Shown piece after piece: positions 26,690-35,533 of a stretch of 55,207 nt of DNA. Every line of letters starts with the position of its first letter. The first letter of the stretch is position 1. Under the pieces are notes generated by a model. The model searched no databases. It had not been told where the DNA came from and saw only the letters and a program-made list of their open reading frames with translations. Source of the DNA: Clostridia bacterium (GTDB taxonomy: Bacteria; Bacillota; Clostridia; Oscillospirales; QAMX01). The translations under genes and the position numbers were made by a program. The stretch spans positions 1-55,207 of the forward strand of contig JAFQKV010000061.1 of the NCBI GenBank assembly GCA_017414715.1, read 5' to 3'.

Positions 26690-29302
26690 ATGGCTCTGCA
26701 GATTTACGGACTGACCTGCGAATACATGCAAAATCCCATCGGCATCGATGAGAAGAACCCCCGCCTATCCTATAAGCTTCGCTCCGACGAGCCCGGCTGT
26801 TATCAGACCGCCAGACGTCTTGAAGTGTCGCTTTGTGAGGATTTCTCCGTTCTCTGCGCCGATTCCGGCTTTATCGAGGACGACAATACTCTCTTTATCG
26901 AAACCGGACTGAAGCTTTCCCCCTGCACCCGGTACTGCTACCGCTTTACCGTCCGTGACAATCTCGGACGCGAGGCCGTTTCCGAGCCTGCCTTTTTTGA
27001 GACCGGACTTCTCGGCACGGCATGGCGCGCAAAGTGGATCTCCCGCCCCGACGAAAACGCCGGAGATGATGTCGTTCCCCGCTATATGCGCACCTTCCGC
27101 CTTGCCGAGGCCCCGTCCAAGGCACGGCTTTACATCACTGCCTGCGGTGTTTACCGTGCCCAGCTCAACGGCGAGTACGTTGCCCCCGATCTGCTGGCCC
27201 CCGGCTACACAAGCTATAACAAGCACCATCAGTACCAGACCTACGATGTGACCGAGCTTCTGAAAACCGGCAAAAACGAGCTTTCCGCCATCGTCGGACC
27301 AGGCTGGTTCACCGGAAACCTCATCGGCAAGAACCGCCGGAACATTTACGGCGACCGTACGGCGCTGCTCTGCCGCCTCGACATGACCTTTGCCGACGGA
27401 CGGGTCCGCCGCATCGTCTCCGACGGAAAATTCACCTGGGCGGAGAGCGAGGTGCTCTACTCCCAGATCTATCACGGCGAGGATATCGATGCCCGCCGTA
27501 CCGATATGCCTGAAAACTCCGTTGCCATCCTTGACCGCGGCTTTGATATGCTCGTCGGTCAGCAGATGCAGGCCGTACGACCTATTGAGGAAATCGAGCC
27601 CATTGCGCTCATCACCACCCCGAAGGGTGAGCGCGTGCTGGACTTCGGACAGAACATGGTCGGCTTTGTCCGCGTACGCGTCAAGGCCCCTGCCGGCCGC
27701 GAGATCCGTCTGCGCCACTTTGAGGTACTGGATAAGGACGGAAATGCCTACTTTGAAAACTATCGCACCGCCCGCGCAGTTGCCTCCTACATCACCTCCG
27801 GTGGAGAGGACGTTTTCGAGGCACTGCTGACCTTCTACGGCTTCCGCTACGTATCCGTCGATGCCTTCCCCGGCGAGCCCGCTCTGGAAAATTTCACCGG
27901 CGTAGTCATTCATTCCGAGCTTGAACCCACCAACGAGTTCTCCTGCTCCCATGCGCTGCTCAACCAGCTGCAGCACAACATCCTCTGGGGACAGAAGGGA
28001 AACTTTGTTGACCTGCCCACTGACTGCCCGCAGCGAGACGAGCGTCTCGGCTGGACGGGTGATGCCCAGGTCTTTGCCTCCACCGCCCTGCAGAATATGC
28101 AGTGCGGCGCCTTCTTCACCAAGTGGTTTGGGGATGTGCGTGTCGATCAAACGGAGGAGGGCGCTGTAACCATCATCGTCCCCAACTCCATGATCAAAAA
28201 GAATGCCTCCAACGCCTGGAGCGACTGCGTCACCATCATTCCCACGGATATATGGCAGGCCTACGGAGACAAGCGAATTCTCCGCGACAACTACCCCGCC
28301 ATGAAGAAGTGGGTCGGCTATATGAAGAACTGGGGCGACGATCCCTACACCTTCAACGGTCATTTCCAGTTCGGCGACTGGCTGGGACTTGACGGGGACA
28401 GCAGCACCTGCAACGGCGGTACCTCCACAGAGCTTATTGCCAACGCCTTCTATGCCTATTCCACCCGGCTTACCGCCGAGACCGCCGAGATCCTTGGATA
28501 CACCGCCGACGCGAAGAAATACCGCAATCTCTACAAAAATATCCGTGCAGCCTTCAACCGTGACTTTGTCACCCCCGGTGGACGCCTTGCCGCAGGTCCC
28601 CGCAACCAGACCGCTTTTATTCTCGCCATCTGGTTTGATCTTGTGGACGGAAAAGCATTGGAGCACTGCAAAAAGGAGCTTATCGCCTCCCTCCGACTCT
28701 CCGGGAACCACCTGACCACCGGTTTCGTCGGCACACCCTATCTCTGCCACACCTTCTCCCATATCGGCGAGGAAGACCGCGCCTTCGGGCTTCTGCTGCA
28801 GGAGACCTTCCCCTCCTGGCTCTTCTCCGTGCGCATGGGTGCCACCACCATGTGGGAGCACTGGGACGGCATCCGCCCCGACGGCACCTTCTGGTCCCCC
28901 ACCATGAACTCCTACAACCACTATGCCTACGGCTCCATCGGCAACTGGATGTACCGCCACATCGGCGGTATCGGTCTCCGCAAGGATTCCCCTGCCTACA
29001 AGGTCTTTGATATCGCTCCCTCCGTGGGTGGCGGCGGTCTGACCGAGGCGTCCATCCGCTTTGAATCCGTCCGCGGCACCATCGGCTGCAGCTGGACTCT
29101 TACGGACGGCACCGCTGCGCTGAAGGTCTCCGTGCCTGCAAACACCGAGGCAAATTTCACCCCCTATCGCTGTGCCGATCCGGGGGCCGTGCAGATCCTC
29201 CAGAACGGCAAGCCCTTTGCCGCCACGGGTGAATGCACCCGTCTCCCCTCCGGTGAATACGAGATCACCTATCCCGTGCTTCCCGTTGAGGAAAAAAAGT
29301 AA
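26690..29302 (+). CDS. alpha-L-rhamnosidase (GH78)
   Basis: 870 aa. The N-terminus LTCEYMQNPIGID is typical of the rhamnosidase N-domain. DLPTDCPQRDERLGWTGDAQVF and WEHWDG are also present. Confidence 0.92.
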   Translation: MALQIYGLTCEYMQNPIGIDEKNPRLSYKLRSDEPGCYQTARRLEVSLCEDFSVLCADSGFIEDDNTLFIETGLKLSPCTRYCYRFTVRDNLGREAVSEPAFFETGLLGTAWRAKWISRPDENAGDDVVPRYMRTFRLAEAPSKARLYITACGVYRAQLNGEYVAPDLLAPGYTSYNKHHQYQTYDVTELLKTGKNELSAIVGPGWFTGNLIGKNRRNIYGDRTALLCRLDMTFADGRVRRIVSDGKFTWAESEVLYSQIYHGEDIDARRTDMPENSVAILDRGFDMLVGQQMQAVRPIEEIEPIALITTPKGERVLDFGQNMVGFVRVRVKAPAGREIRLRHFEVLDKDGNAYFENYRTARAVASYITSGGEDVFEALLTFYGFRYVSVDAFPGEPALENFTGVVIHSELEPTNEFSCSHALLNQLQHNILWGQKGNFVDLPTDCPQRDERLGWTGDAQVFASTALQNMQCGAFFTKWFGDVRVDQTEEGAVTIIVPNSMIKKNASNAWSDCVTIIPTDIWQAYGDKRILRDNYPAMKKWVGYMKNWGDDPYTFNGHFQFGDWLGLDGDSSTCNGGTSTELIANAFYAYSTRLTAETAEILGYTADAKKYRNLYKNIRAAFNRDFVTPGGRLAAGPRNQTAFILAIWFDLVDGKALEHCKKELIASLRLSGNHLTTGFVGTPYLCHTFSHIGEEDRAFGLLLQETFPSWLFSVRMGATTMWEHWDGIRPDGTFWSPTMNSYNHYAYGSIGNWMYRHIGGIGLRKDSPAYKVFDIAPSVGGGGLTEASIRFESVRGTIGCSWTLTDGTAALKVSVPANTEANFTPYRCADPGAVQILQNGKPFAATGECTRLPSGEYEITYPVLPVEEKK

Positions 29303-29310
29303 TTTTTGAT

Positions 29311-29348
29311 AAAGCAAAGGCAGATGCCGGGGCATCTGCCTTTGCTTT
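29311..29348. terminator. bidirectional terminator between the convergent GH78 and spmB genes
   Basis: 18-nt perfect inverted repeat AAAGCAAAGGCAGATGCC / GGCATCTGCCTTTGCTTT, flanked by A/T runs on both sides. Confidence 0.75.
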
Positions 29349-29878
29349 TAGAAAAACAGCCACTTTACTGCGTATACCGAAACAAGCATGGCCGTAAGAT
29401 CACCGAGCAGCGCACAGAGCATCGTATAACGTGCCGGTTTCATCCCAGAGGCTGCGGAATAAACCGCAGCGGTGTAGAAGGTGGTCTCGCTGGACGCCAT
29501 GAGCACAGCAGCAATGCGGCCGGAAAGAGAGTCAGCGCCTGCGGAAGCAATACATTCACCCGCAAGGGCAAGGCTTGCACTCCCCGAAAAGGGTCTGAGC
29601 AGAAACAGCGGCAGACAATCCGACGGAATTCCGAGAAGCTCCGTAACCGGTAAAAGGCACTCCGCGAGAAAGTCCAGCGCACCGCTTGCCTTCAGCATCT
29701 CCACGGCACACAGAAGTCCGCAGAGCGTCGGCAGGAGCTTTACCACTACCTGCAGACCATCAGCAGCCCCCTTTGTGAACACAGTGAACACGTCTGAACA
29801 CCGTCTTACGGACAAAAGTGACGCACCGAAAAGAATCAGCACAGGAAGTATCGCCGAAATGGTACCAAGTGCTCTCAT
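29348..29878 (-). CDS. spmB: spore maturation protein B
   Basis: 176-aa membrane protein of the nucleoside-recognition (Gate) family. Its ATG overlaps the spmA stop (ATGA at 29875-29878). Confidence 0.85.
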   Translation of the reverse strand: MRALGTISAILPVLILFGASLLSVRRCSDVFTVFTKGAADGLQVVVKLLPTLCGLLCAVEMLKASGALDFLAECLLPVTELLGIPSDCLPLFLLRPFSGSASLALAGECIASAGADSLSGRIAAVLMASSETTFYTAAVYSAASGMKPARYTMLCALLGDLTAMLVSVYAVKWLFF

Positions 29879-30438
29879 TTAGCATACTTCCCGATCAGCA
29901 CAGCACTTCCAAGCGCTGCAAGCAGTGCTGCCCCCGAAGTCAGCCATACTGCCGGGCAGATATCATAGGGAGACGCAGCGCCGTACCCCGCACGAAGCGC
30001 CGCAACCGTGGTAGGAATAAGCTGAACGGACGCAGTATTCAGAATAATGAGTCTTGAAAGCGCACTTCGCTTGTTTTGTCCGCCAAGCAGCTCGGCAGCC
30101 TTCAGACCCGGCGGTGTTGCCGCATTGCCCAGCCCAAGCAGATTTGCGCTGAAATTCGCGCAGATATTTTCGCGAAGATCGCGGCCCGCTTTTCGCAGTC
30201 CGAGCATTGCCGATATCGGTCTCCAAACCCATCCGGAAAGAGCAGTGAGAAGCCCGCCCCGGCGCATCAGCTCCGCAGCTCCGGACCAGAGAAGCATGGG
30301 GCCTGCGATGGAAAAGGTCAGTTTTACCGCAGATTCAGCGCCCGCCAATGCCGCAGTGCTGACCGCCTCCAGACTGCCGTTGACCGCACCAAAAACAATA
30401 GCCGCCGCCATCATACCTATCCAGATATAGGAAAGCAT
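29875..30438 (-). CDS. spmA: spore maturation protein A
   Basis: 187 aa. The N-terminus MLSYIWIGMM..A.VFGAVNG....V..A...GAE.AV is typical of SpmA. Confidence 0.88.
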   Translation of the reverse strand: MLSYIWIGMMAAAIVFGAVNGSLEAVSTAALAGAESAVKLTFSIAGPMLLWSGAAELMRRGGLLTALSGWVWRPISAMLGLRKAGRDLRENICANFSANLLGLGNAATPPGLKAAELLGGQNKRSALSRLIILNTASVQLIPTTVAALRAGYGAASPYDICPAVWLTSGAALLAALGSAVLIGKYAK

Positions 30439-30481
30439 AAAAAAGTCCCCCGTTTCCCTACATTGTATCGGAAACGGGGGA
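30439..30481 (-). terminator. terminator of the lipid-kinase gene whose 3' arm contains the spmA ribosome-binding site
   Basis: 12-nt perfect inverted repeat TCCCCCGTTTCC (30446-30457) / GGAAACGGGGGA (30470-30481). On the minus strand it is followed by CTTTTTT and then directly by the spmA ATG (30438). Confidence 0.65.
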
Positions 30482-30484
30482 GTA

Positions 30485-31414
30485 TTATGCCTTGGGAAGG
30501 ATAAGTCGCAAAGCCCCTGGACGGATCTGCAGATGAAATTCGGTGCCTTTGATAATCTCGCCGTCCACGGCGCGGGCCGCAGGACGGTCCAGACTCAGTT
30601 TGAGGCTTTTGCATTTTCTGTATGTAACGATGCCGGCAACTCTCGGATCCTCCAGATGCCGACCTGCTTTGTATACGCCGATGAGCGATGGGAAACGGCG
30701 GCGCGGGACCTGACGGAGCATGCAGACATCCATAATGCCTTCATTGAGCTTTGCCGTCGGCAACGCCATGTACTTCCCTCCGCATACACGGCCGACACCC
30801 GCGGCGCAGAGCATAAACGGACCTGCAATCTCTTCATTGCCGTCAAAGGTTGCCTTTATCGTCCAGCTCATGCGTGACACAACGCCCGCCCCCACCGCAA
30901 GTGAATATGCAAGGGGACCGGTGACGAGAGGGATCCGTCGGAAAAGACGCATCCGATGGGCAACAAGGGCATCAAACCCGATGTTGGTCATATTGCAGCA
31001 CAGCTCGCCGTCGACATCCACCAGATCCATCCGGCAAATTGTGCCTTTCATAAGCGCCTTAAGATCGCGGCACAAGGCGATATCGGTCGGCAGTGACTTG
31101 ACGTAATCGTTCCCCGAGCCGCAGGGATAGATCCCAACGGAAGCATTCTCAAAAGGTGCCGCTGCATTGACGGTCTCCTTGACCGTTCCGTCACCGCCGC
31201 AGGCATATACACGCAGAGGTCTTCCGCCCACAGCGGCTTCTTCGATAGCCTTGCGTGCATCTCCCGCATGTGCGGGAATACAGACAACCGCCTCGACACC
31301 CAGCTCCTGCGCCGCAGCGCGGATGCGTTCCGGCAGTACTGCCTGCTCTTTTCCCTTTCCTGCATGGGGATTTATGATGAATAGGTGCAGCTCTTCCACA
31401 ATACGTTCTCCCAT
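30485..31414 (-). CDS. diacylglycerol-kinase-family lipid kinase (YegS/DagK type)
   Basis: 309 aa with NPHAGKG and ACGGDGTV motifs. The GTG at 31399, preceded by GGGAGAA, is a plausible alternative start. Confidence 0.88.
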   Translation of the reverse strand: MGERIVEELHLFIINPHAGKGKEQAVLPERIRAAAQELGVEAVVCIPAHAGDARKAIEEAAVGGRPLRVYACGGDGTVKETVNAAAPFENASVGIYPCGSGNDYVKSLPTDIALCRDLKALMKGTICRMDLVDVDGELCCNMTNIGFDALVAHRMRLFRRIPLVTGPLAYSLAVGAGVVSRMSWTIKATFDGNEEIAGPFMLCAAGVGRVCGGKYMALPTAKLNEGIMDVCMLRQVPRRRFPSLIGVYKAGRHLEDPRVAGIVTYRKCKSLKLSLDRPAARAVDGEIIKGTEFHLQIRPGALRLILPKA

Positions 31415-31423
31415 AGTTTTTTA

Positions 31424-31456
31424 AGCAAAACCCCCGAAAGAGATACCTTTCGGGGG
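31424..31456 (-). terminator. intrinsic terminator of mgsA
   Basis: Minus strand CCCCCGAAAG-GTATCT-CTTTCGGGGG followed by TTTTGCTT. Confidence 0.75.
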
Positions 31457-31472
31457 ATAATCAAGCAACGAT

Positions 31473-31871
31473 TTATTTCTTGCGAACCAGCTCACGCCAG
31501 TCAAGATCGCCGCGCGCAAGGCCAAGGACGAGCATTTCCGCCGTCGCAAGGTTGGTAGCGATGGGAATATTCTGCTCATCGCAGAGACGGATCATGGCAT
31601 CCACATCCGGCTCATTGCCAAAGGAATTCACATCCCGCAGAAAAACGACCATATCGATCTCGTTATAGGCGATACGGGCACCGATCTGCTGGTCGCCGCC
31701 CTGCTGTCCGGAAAGATATCGGTCAATGACAAGGCCGGTAGCCTCGGAGATCAGCTTGCCCGTCGTCGCGGTGGCGCAAAGGTTGTGCTTTGCAAGAATA
31801 CCGCAGTAGGCGATACAGAACTGAACCATCAGCTCTTTTTTCTTATCATGAGCGATCAAAGCAATATTCAT
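31473..31871 (-). CDS. mgsA: methylglyoxal synthase
   Basis: 132 aa with the N-terminus [12 protein letters not shown] and later ATGTTG-type and GGDQQIG motifs. RBS GGAGGTG upstream. Confidence 0.93.
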   Translation of the reverse strand: MNIALIAHDKKKELMVQFCIAYCGILAKHNLCATATTGKLISEATGLVIDRYLSGQQGGDQQIGARIAYNEIDMVVFLRDVNSFGNEPDVDAMIRLCDEQNIPIATNLATAEMLVLGLARGDLDWRELVRKK

Positions 31872-31940
31872 CCAAAAACACCTCCGTTAAGAATACGTCC
31901 GGGGTCGGGAATTCAATCAACGATCTACAAAACCGCTGAT

Positions 31941-31969
31941 ATTATAACATATTTTTCACCCGGACACAA
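31941..31969 (-). promoter_or_regulatory. candidate sigma-A promoter of mgsA
   Basis: Minus strand TTGTGT (31969-31964), 17-nt spacer, TATAAT (31946-31941). Confidence 0.5.
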
Positions 31970-31979
31970 TGCACAATTT

Positions 31980-32705
31980 TCAAAAATAATTTGAAATAAT
32001 CCGCTCGGCAAGCGACTTTACGCTCTTTCTTATCGGGCTGCGGGAGGTATCATAGAATACGTGCCCCCGGGCGACTGCAAGACGGACCCCTTCATCCTCC
32101 GGGATCACGGCGGCAAGGGGAAGCCCTGCGGTATCCATGCAGGTGTCGATACAGATGCGTGTCTTGCGGAGAATGCTGCGTCTGAGCGGCACGCGGTTAC
32201 AGACAAGGCGCGTTGTCAAAGCCGGGCGCTGTGCAAGAAACTGTGCGGTTGCAGAGGCATTACGCAGACTGGCATCCTCCGGCAGCGAAACAACAAGCGC
32301 CAGATCTGCCGCAGAACGCGCCGCAGACAGAACATCGCCAAGCCCTGCACCGCAGTCAAGAATCACATCCGTATCCTTTGCATGCATCTCCGCACAGAAG
32401 GCCACAAGACGGTCAGCCGCGGGAACGTATCCCGCCGCGGGTGCTGTGAGCAGGAAGAGTCCTTCCCTGCCGTGCACGGGTGCCGCGGCCTGCTCTGCCG
32501 ATACAGCACCGGAAAGCACCTCCGCGAGAGAAAAAAGTGCCGCATCATGCATTCCGAGCGCTATGTCAAGATTTCCCATTCCCGCATCGAGATCCGCTGC
32601 GAGCACGCGGCGGCCGGCATCACACAGCGCGCAGGCAAGGGCTGCCGCAACGGTGGTCTTCCCCGTTCCGCCCTTTCCCGATGCAATCAGAATTACTCTT
32701 GACAT
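31980..32705 (-). CDS. MinD/ParA-family P-loop ATPase (orphan; no minC or minE nearby)
   Basis: Start chosen at the ATG at 32705 (MSRVILIASGKGGTGKTT, a deviant Walker A), after GGAGAGGAAAG. The ORF-track N-terminal extension to 32951 overlaps the divergent transporter gene. Confidence 0.8.
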   Translation of the reverse strand: MSRVILIASGKGGTGKTTVAAALACALCDAGRRVLAADLDAGMGNLDIALGMHDAALFSLAEVLSGAVSAEQAAAPVHGREGLFLLTAPAAGYVPAADRLVAFCAEMHAKDTDVILDCGAGLGDVLSAARSAADLALVVSLPEDASLRNASATAQFLAQRPALTTRLVCNRVPLRRSILRKTRICIDTCMDTAGLPLAAVIPEDEGVRLAVARGHVFYDTSRSPIRKSVKSLAERIISNYF

Positions 32706-32776
32706 TGATCTCTTTCCTCTCCGATAAATCCAAAAACTTATCACAGAAATCCACGAATATAGTATACTATACCGCT

Positions 32777-32804
32777 TTGCGAATTTCAAATATTGTGATA
32801 AAAT
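32777..32804 (+). promoter_or_regulatory. candidate sigma-A promoter of the EamA transporter gene
   Basis: TTGCGA (32777-32782), 16-nt spacer ending in TGTGA, TAAAAT (32799-32804). Confidence 0.5.
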
Positions 32805-32846
32805 ATTCTCGTATTTTTTTAACAATTTCACGCAGGAGCTTTTCTC

Positions 32847-33758
32847 ATGCACAAAGACAGAAAAAATCAGCTGATCGGTGCGCTGATGCTGCTGGTCGCC
32901 GCCTTCATCTGGGGCTTCGCTTTCGTTGCCCAACGGCAGGGCATGGATCACATCGGCCCCACGACCTTCAACGCCGTGCGTTCCTACGTCGGTGTTGCTG
33001 CGCTCGTGCCTGTGGTGCTCATCTCCGACCTATTCGCCGGACGAAAGCCCTTTCGCATGCATCCGGAACACAGCAGGAAAGATCTTTGGATCGGCGGCAT
33101 CCTCTGCGGTGTGCTGCTCGCCCTTGCCTCCAATCTCCAGCAGATGGGTATCGTGGAGACCAGCGCGGGCAAATCCGGTTTTCTCACCGCGCTCTACATC
33201 GTTTTCGTGCCGATTTTCGGCATCTTCCTTCGCCGAAGAACTCCCCTGCTCGGCTGGGTGAGCGTTGCCATTGCCACAGGCGGCATGTATCTTCTCTGCA
33301 TCACCGAGGGGTTTTCCCTGAAGACGGGAGATATTCTCCTGCTTCTCTGCGCCCTCTTCTACACCGCGCATATTCTGACCGTCGACCGCTTTGTAACTTA
33401 TACGGACGGCATCCGCCTCTCCTGCCTTCAGTTTGCCGTCAACGCGATCGTTTCCACAGCCTTTGCACTGATCATGGAAACACCGGAGCTTTCCGGCATC
33501 CTTGCCGCATGGAAGCCCATCCTTTTCACCGGTCTTTTTTCCAGTGGCATCGCCTACACACTGCAAATCCTTGCGCAGAAGCGTTGTCCGCCGCAGGTTG
33601 CCAGTCTCATCATGAGCCTTGAATCCGTCTTCGCCGTCATTGGCGGCTGGCTGGTGCTTGACGAGCGGCTCTCCCCACGAGAGGGACTCGGCTGCATCCT
33701 CGTATTCGCAGCCATCATACTCATCCAGTTTGCCCCAACCAAAAAAAGAGACACATGA
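32847..33758 (+). CDS. DMT-superfamily (EamA) transporter
   Basis: 303 aa with about 10 TM helices and two EamA-like halves. RBS AGGAG upstream. Confidence 0.88.
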   Translation: MHKDRKNQLIGALMLLVAAFIWGFAFVAQRQGMDHIGPTTFNAVRSYVGVAALVPVVLISDLFAGRKPFRMHPEHSRKDLWIGGILCGVLLALASNLQQMGIVETSAGKSGFLTALYIVFVPIFGIFLRRRTPLLGWVSVAIATGGMYLLCITEGFSLKTGDILLLLCALFYTAHILTVDRFVTYTDGIRLSCLQFAVNAIVSTAFALIMETPELSGILAAWKPILFTGLFSSGIAYTLQILAQKRCPPQVASLIMSLESVFAVIGGWLVLDERLSPREGLGCILVFAAIILIQFAPTKKRDT

Positions 33759-33764
33759 CATACA

Positions 33765-33798
33765 AAGATACCCTGTCCTTTCTGGGACAGGGTATCTT
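33765..33798. terminator. bidirectional terminator between the EamA and SLH-GH25 genes
   Basis: 14-nt perfect inverted repeat AAGATACCCTGTCC / GGACAGGGTATCTT with a 6-nt loop. Confidence 0.75.
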
Positions 33799-33803
33799 CT
33801 TGC

Positions 33804-35390
33804 TTAATAAGCCTTGAAGCAGATGTTGCGGTCCACGTCGCCTTCGATTCCGTTCACACGGCCGGTGGAGGTATACTGCCAGATATCGAATGCATAGTAA
33901 AAACGCGGAGTATCGGATTTATAACGTGCATACCAGAAGTCGTAGGCCTTCAGCTTGTCCAGTTGAAAATCGAGCAGACCTTTGGAGGTTCCGAAATAGA
34001 CGGAGGGGATATACCCTGCCGCCTTGACCTGCTCACAGAAGGCAATTGCACAGGCATTGAGGGTCGCGTCAGTGACCTTCGCGGTGCGGGCACTTTTATC
34101 ATCCACACTCTCCCAGTCAAATACCACAGGATATTTCAGTTTGTAGCCCTTGATACGGGATAAGACAAAATCCGCCTCCTGCCGTGCCTCCTTCTCAGAG
34201 ATCGCCTGGGAGAAGAAATATACGCCGACATCAAGACCGGCCGCGATCGCACCCTCAATATTTGCCTTGAAATATTTATCCTCGGAAATGCCGCCGACGG
34301 TATAGCCGCGGAAGCCGACACGGATGATCGCAAACTCAATACCGTCCGCCGCTACCTTTTTCCAGTCGATCTCACCCTGCCAGGAGGAAACGTCGATGCC
34401 CTGAACCGTCTTGACTCCGGGCGCGTTGTAGGTGATAACACCCTTGGAATCGGTTTTAAAACAGCTGTCCTTCAGGGTGTTTTTCGGTACATCCTTCAAA
34501 ATATCCAGCTTTTCCTTGCCGTAAACGATCTTTCCGTCCACAACAACGCTGTCACCACTGTCGGGCTCATTGGAAAGATCCGGAGCAAGCTCCGCGCTTT
34601 CGCCGTCCTCAGATACGTCTCTGCAAAGGAGCTTTCCGGTATAGCAGACGTTTTCCATCACGACGGACTTGACATCCGCGACGGAATCGCAGATAACGAT
34701 ACCGCCAAACACGAACATATTCTTCAAAGACGCGCCCTTCGGCGAGGAAATGATGCAGAATCCGTTCACATCTCCGGTATATTCTCCGGGCTCGGTGATC
34801 ATAAGGGCAACGATCTGGTCAAGGACCGTCACCGCCTCTGCGCGGGTAAGGTTTGCCTTCGGGCGCAGATAACCGCCGCTGCCGTGGATATATCCTGCAC
34901 GGATCATGGCATAGATCGTCGTATACGCCCAGCGACTGACCTCGAGACGGTCCTTGAACTCGATCTGATGGCCGGTGACAGGCTCGATCCCAAGGGCGCG
35001 GGCAAAGAGGGAAAACGCCTCCTCCCGGGTAATCGGGTCGGTTGGACGGATCTTTCCTTCGGAACCAAGCATGACACCCGCAGCATTGACCTTCAGAACG
35101 GCATCGGTATACCAGGTATCCGGGAGATCGGAAAAGGTATTTACTGACTTTGTCTTGTATTTCATAAGGTTGTTGAGGATCACGGCCATCTCCGCACGGG
35201 TGATATTCTGATCCGGATAGAATTTGCCGTCAGATCCGTTGATGATCCCATATCCGCTCCATTTATCGATGGCCTTTTTCGCCCAGTGGGAATCCGCAAC
35301 ATCACTGTATTCGGCGGCGGACGGAATCACGAACAGACTCGCCAGCATACAGAGGGTAAGACACAGGGCGAGGATACGGTGCAGTTTCAT
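33804..35390 (-). CDS. secreted cell-wall hydrolase: signal peptide, SLH repeats, C-terminal GH25 muramidase
   Basis: Start chosen at the ATG at 35390 (MKLHRILALCLTLCMLASLF...), after AAAGGAGAA. SLH repeats are present (YSDVADSHWAKKAI, FSDLPDTWYTDAV). The GH25 core reads GIDVSSWQGEIDWKKVAADGIEFAIIRVG. Confidence 0.88.
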   Translation of the reverse strand: MKLHRILALCLTLCMLASLFVIPSAAEYSDVADSHWAKKAIDKWSGYGIINGSDGKFYPDQNITRAEMAVILNNLMKYKTKSVNTFSDLPDTWYTDAVLKVNAAGVMLGSEGKIRPTDPITREEAFSLFARALGIEPVTGHQIEFKDRLEVSRWAYTTIYAMIRAGYIHGSGGYLRPKANLTRAEAVTVLDQIVALMITEPGEYTGDVNGFCIISSPKGASLKNMFVFGGIVICDSVADVKSVVMENVCYTGKLLCRDVSEDGESAELAPDLSNEPDSGDSVVVDGKIVYGKEKLDILKDVPKNTLKDSCFKTDSKGVITYNAPGVKTVQGIDVSSWQGEIDWKKVAADGIEFAIIRVGFRGYTVGGISEDKYFKANIEGAIAAGLDVGVYFFSQAISEKEARQEADFVLSRIKGYKLKYPVVFDWESVDDKSARTAKVTDATLNACAIAFCEQVKAAGYIPSVYFGTSKGLLDFQLDKLKAYDFWYARYKSDTPRFYYAFDIWQYTSTGRVNGIEGDVDRNICFKAY

Positions 35391-35430
35391 TAGGTTCTCC
35401 TTTTCGACGTTTCCATACACGTTTCGACAA

Positions 35431-35464
35431 CAGAAATGCCCGCCACCCCCGCAGGTGACGGGCA
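35431..35464 (-). terminator. GC-rich hairpin at the end of the aro operon and in the 5' leader of the GH25 gene
   Basis: Minus strand GCCCGTCACC-TGCGG-GGTGGCGGGC (10 bp, one G-U) followed by ATTTCTGTT. Confidence 0.5.
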
Positions 35465-35477
35465 GATATCGGATATG

Positions 35478-35506
35478 ATTGTACCACAGGATCGCATCAT
35501 TTTCAA
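35478..35506 (-). promoter_or_regulatory. candidate sigma-A promoter of the SLH-GH25 gene
   Basis: Minus strand TTGAAA (35506-35501), 17-nt spacer ending in TGTGG, TACAAT (35483-35478). Confidence 0.5.
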
Positions 35507-35533
35507 CAAGCAGTTATTGCCATCGGAAACTTT

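Noticed and set aside
26765-29335. 856-aa ORF on the minus strand spanning the whole GH78 gene.
   Set aside because: It is exactly antisense to a gene with strong rhamnosidase motifs. Its composition is low-complexity and Gly/Ala/Val-rich, and it has no RBS or start context. This is the typical stop-codon-poor shadow frame of a G+C-rich gene.
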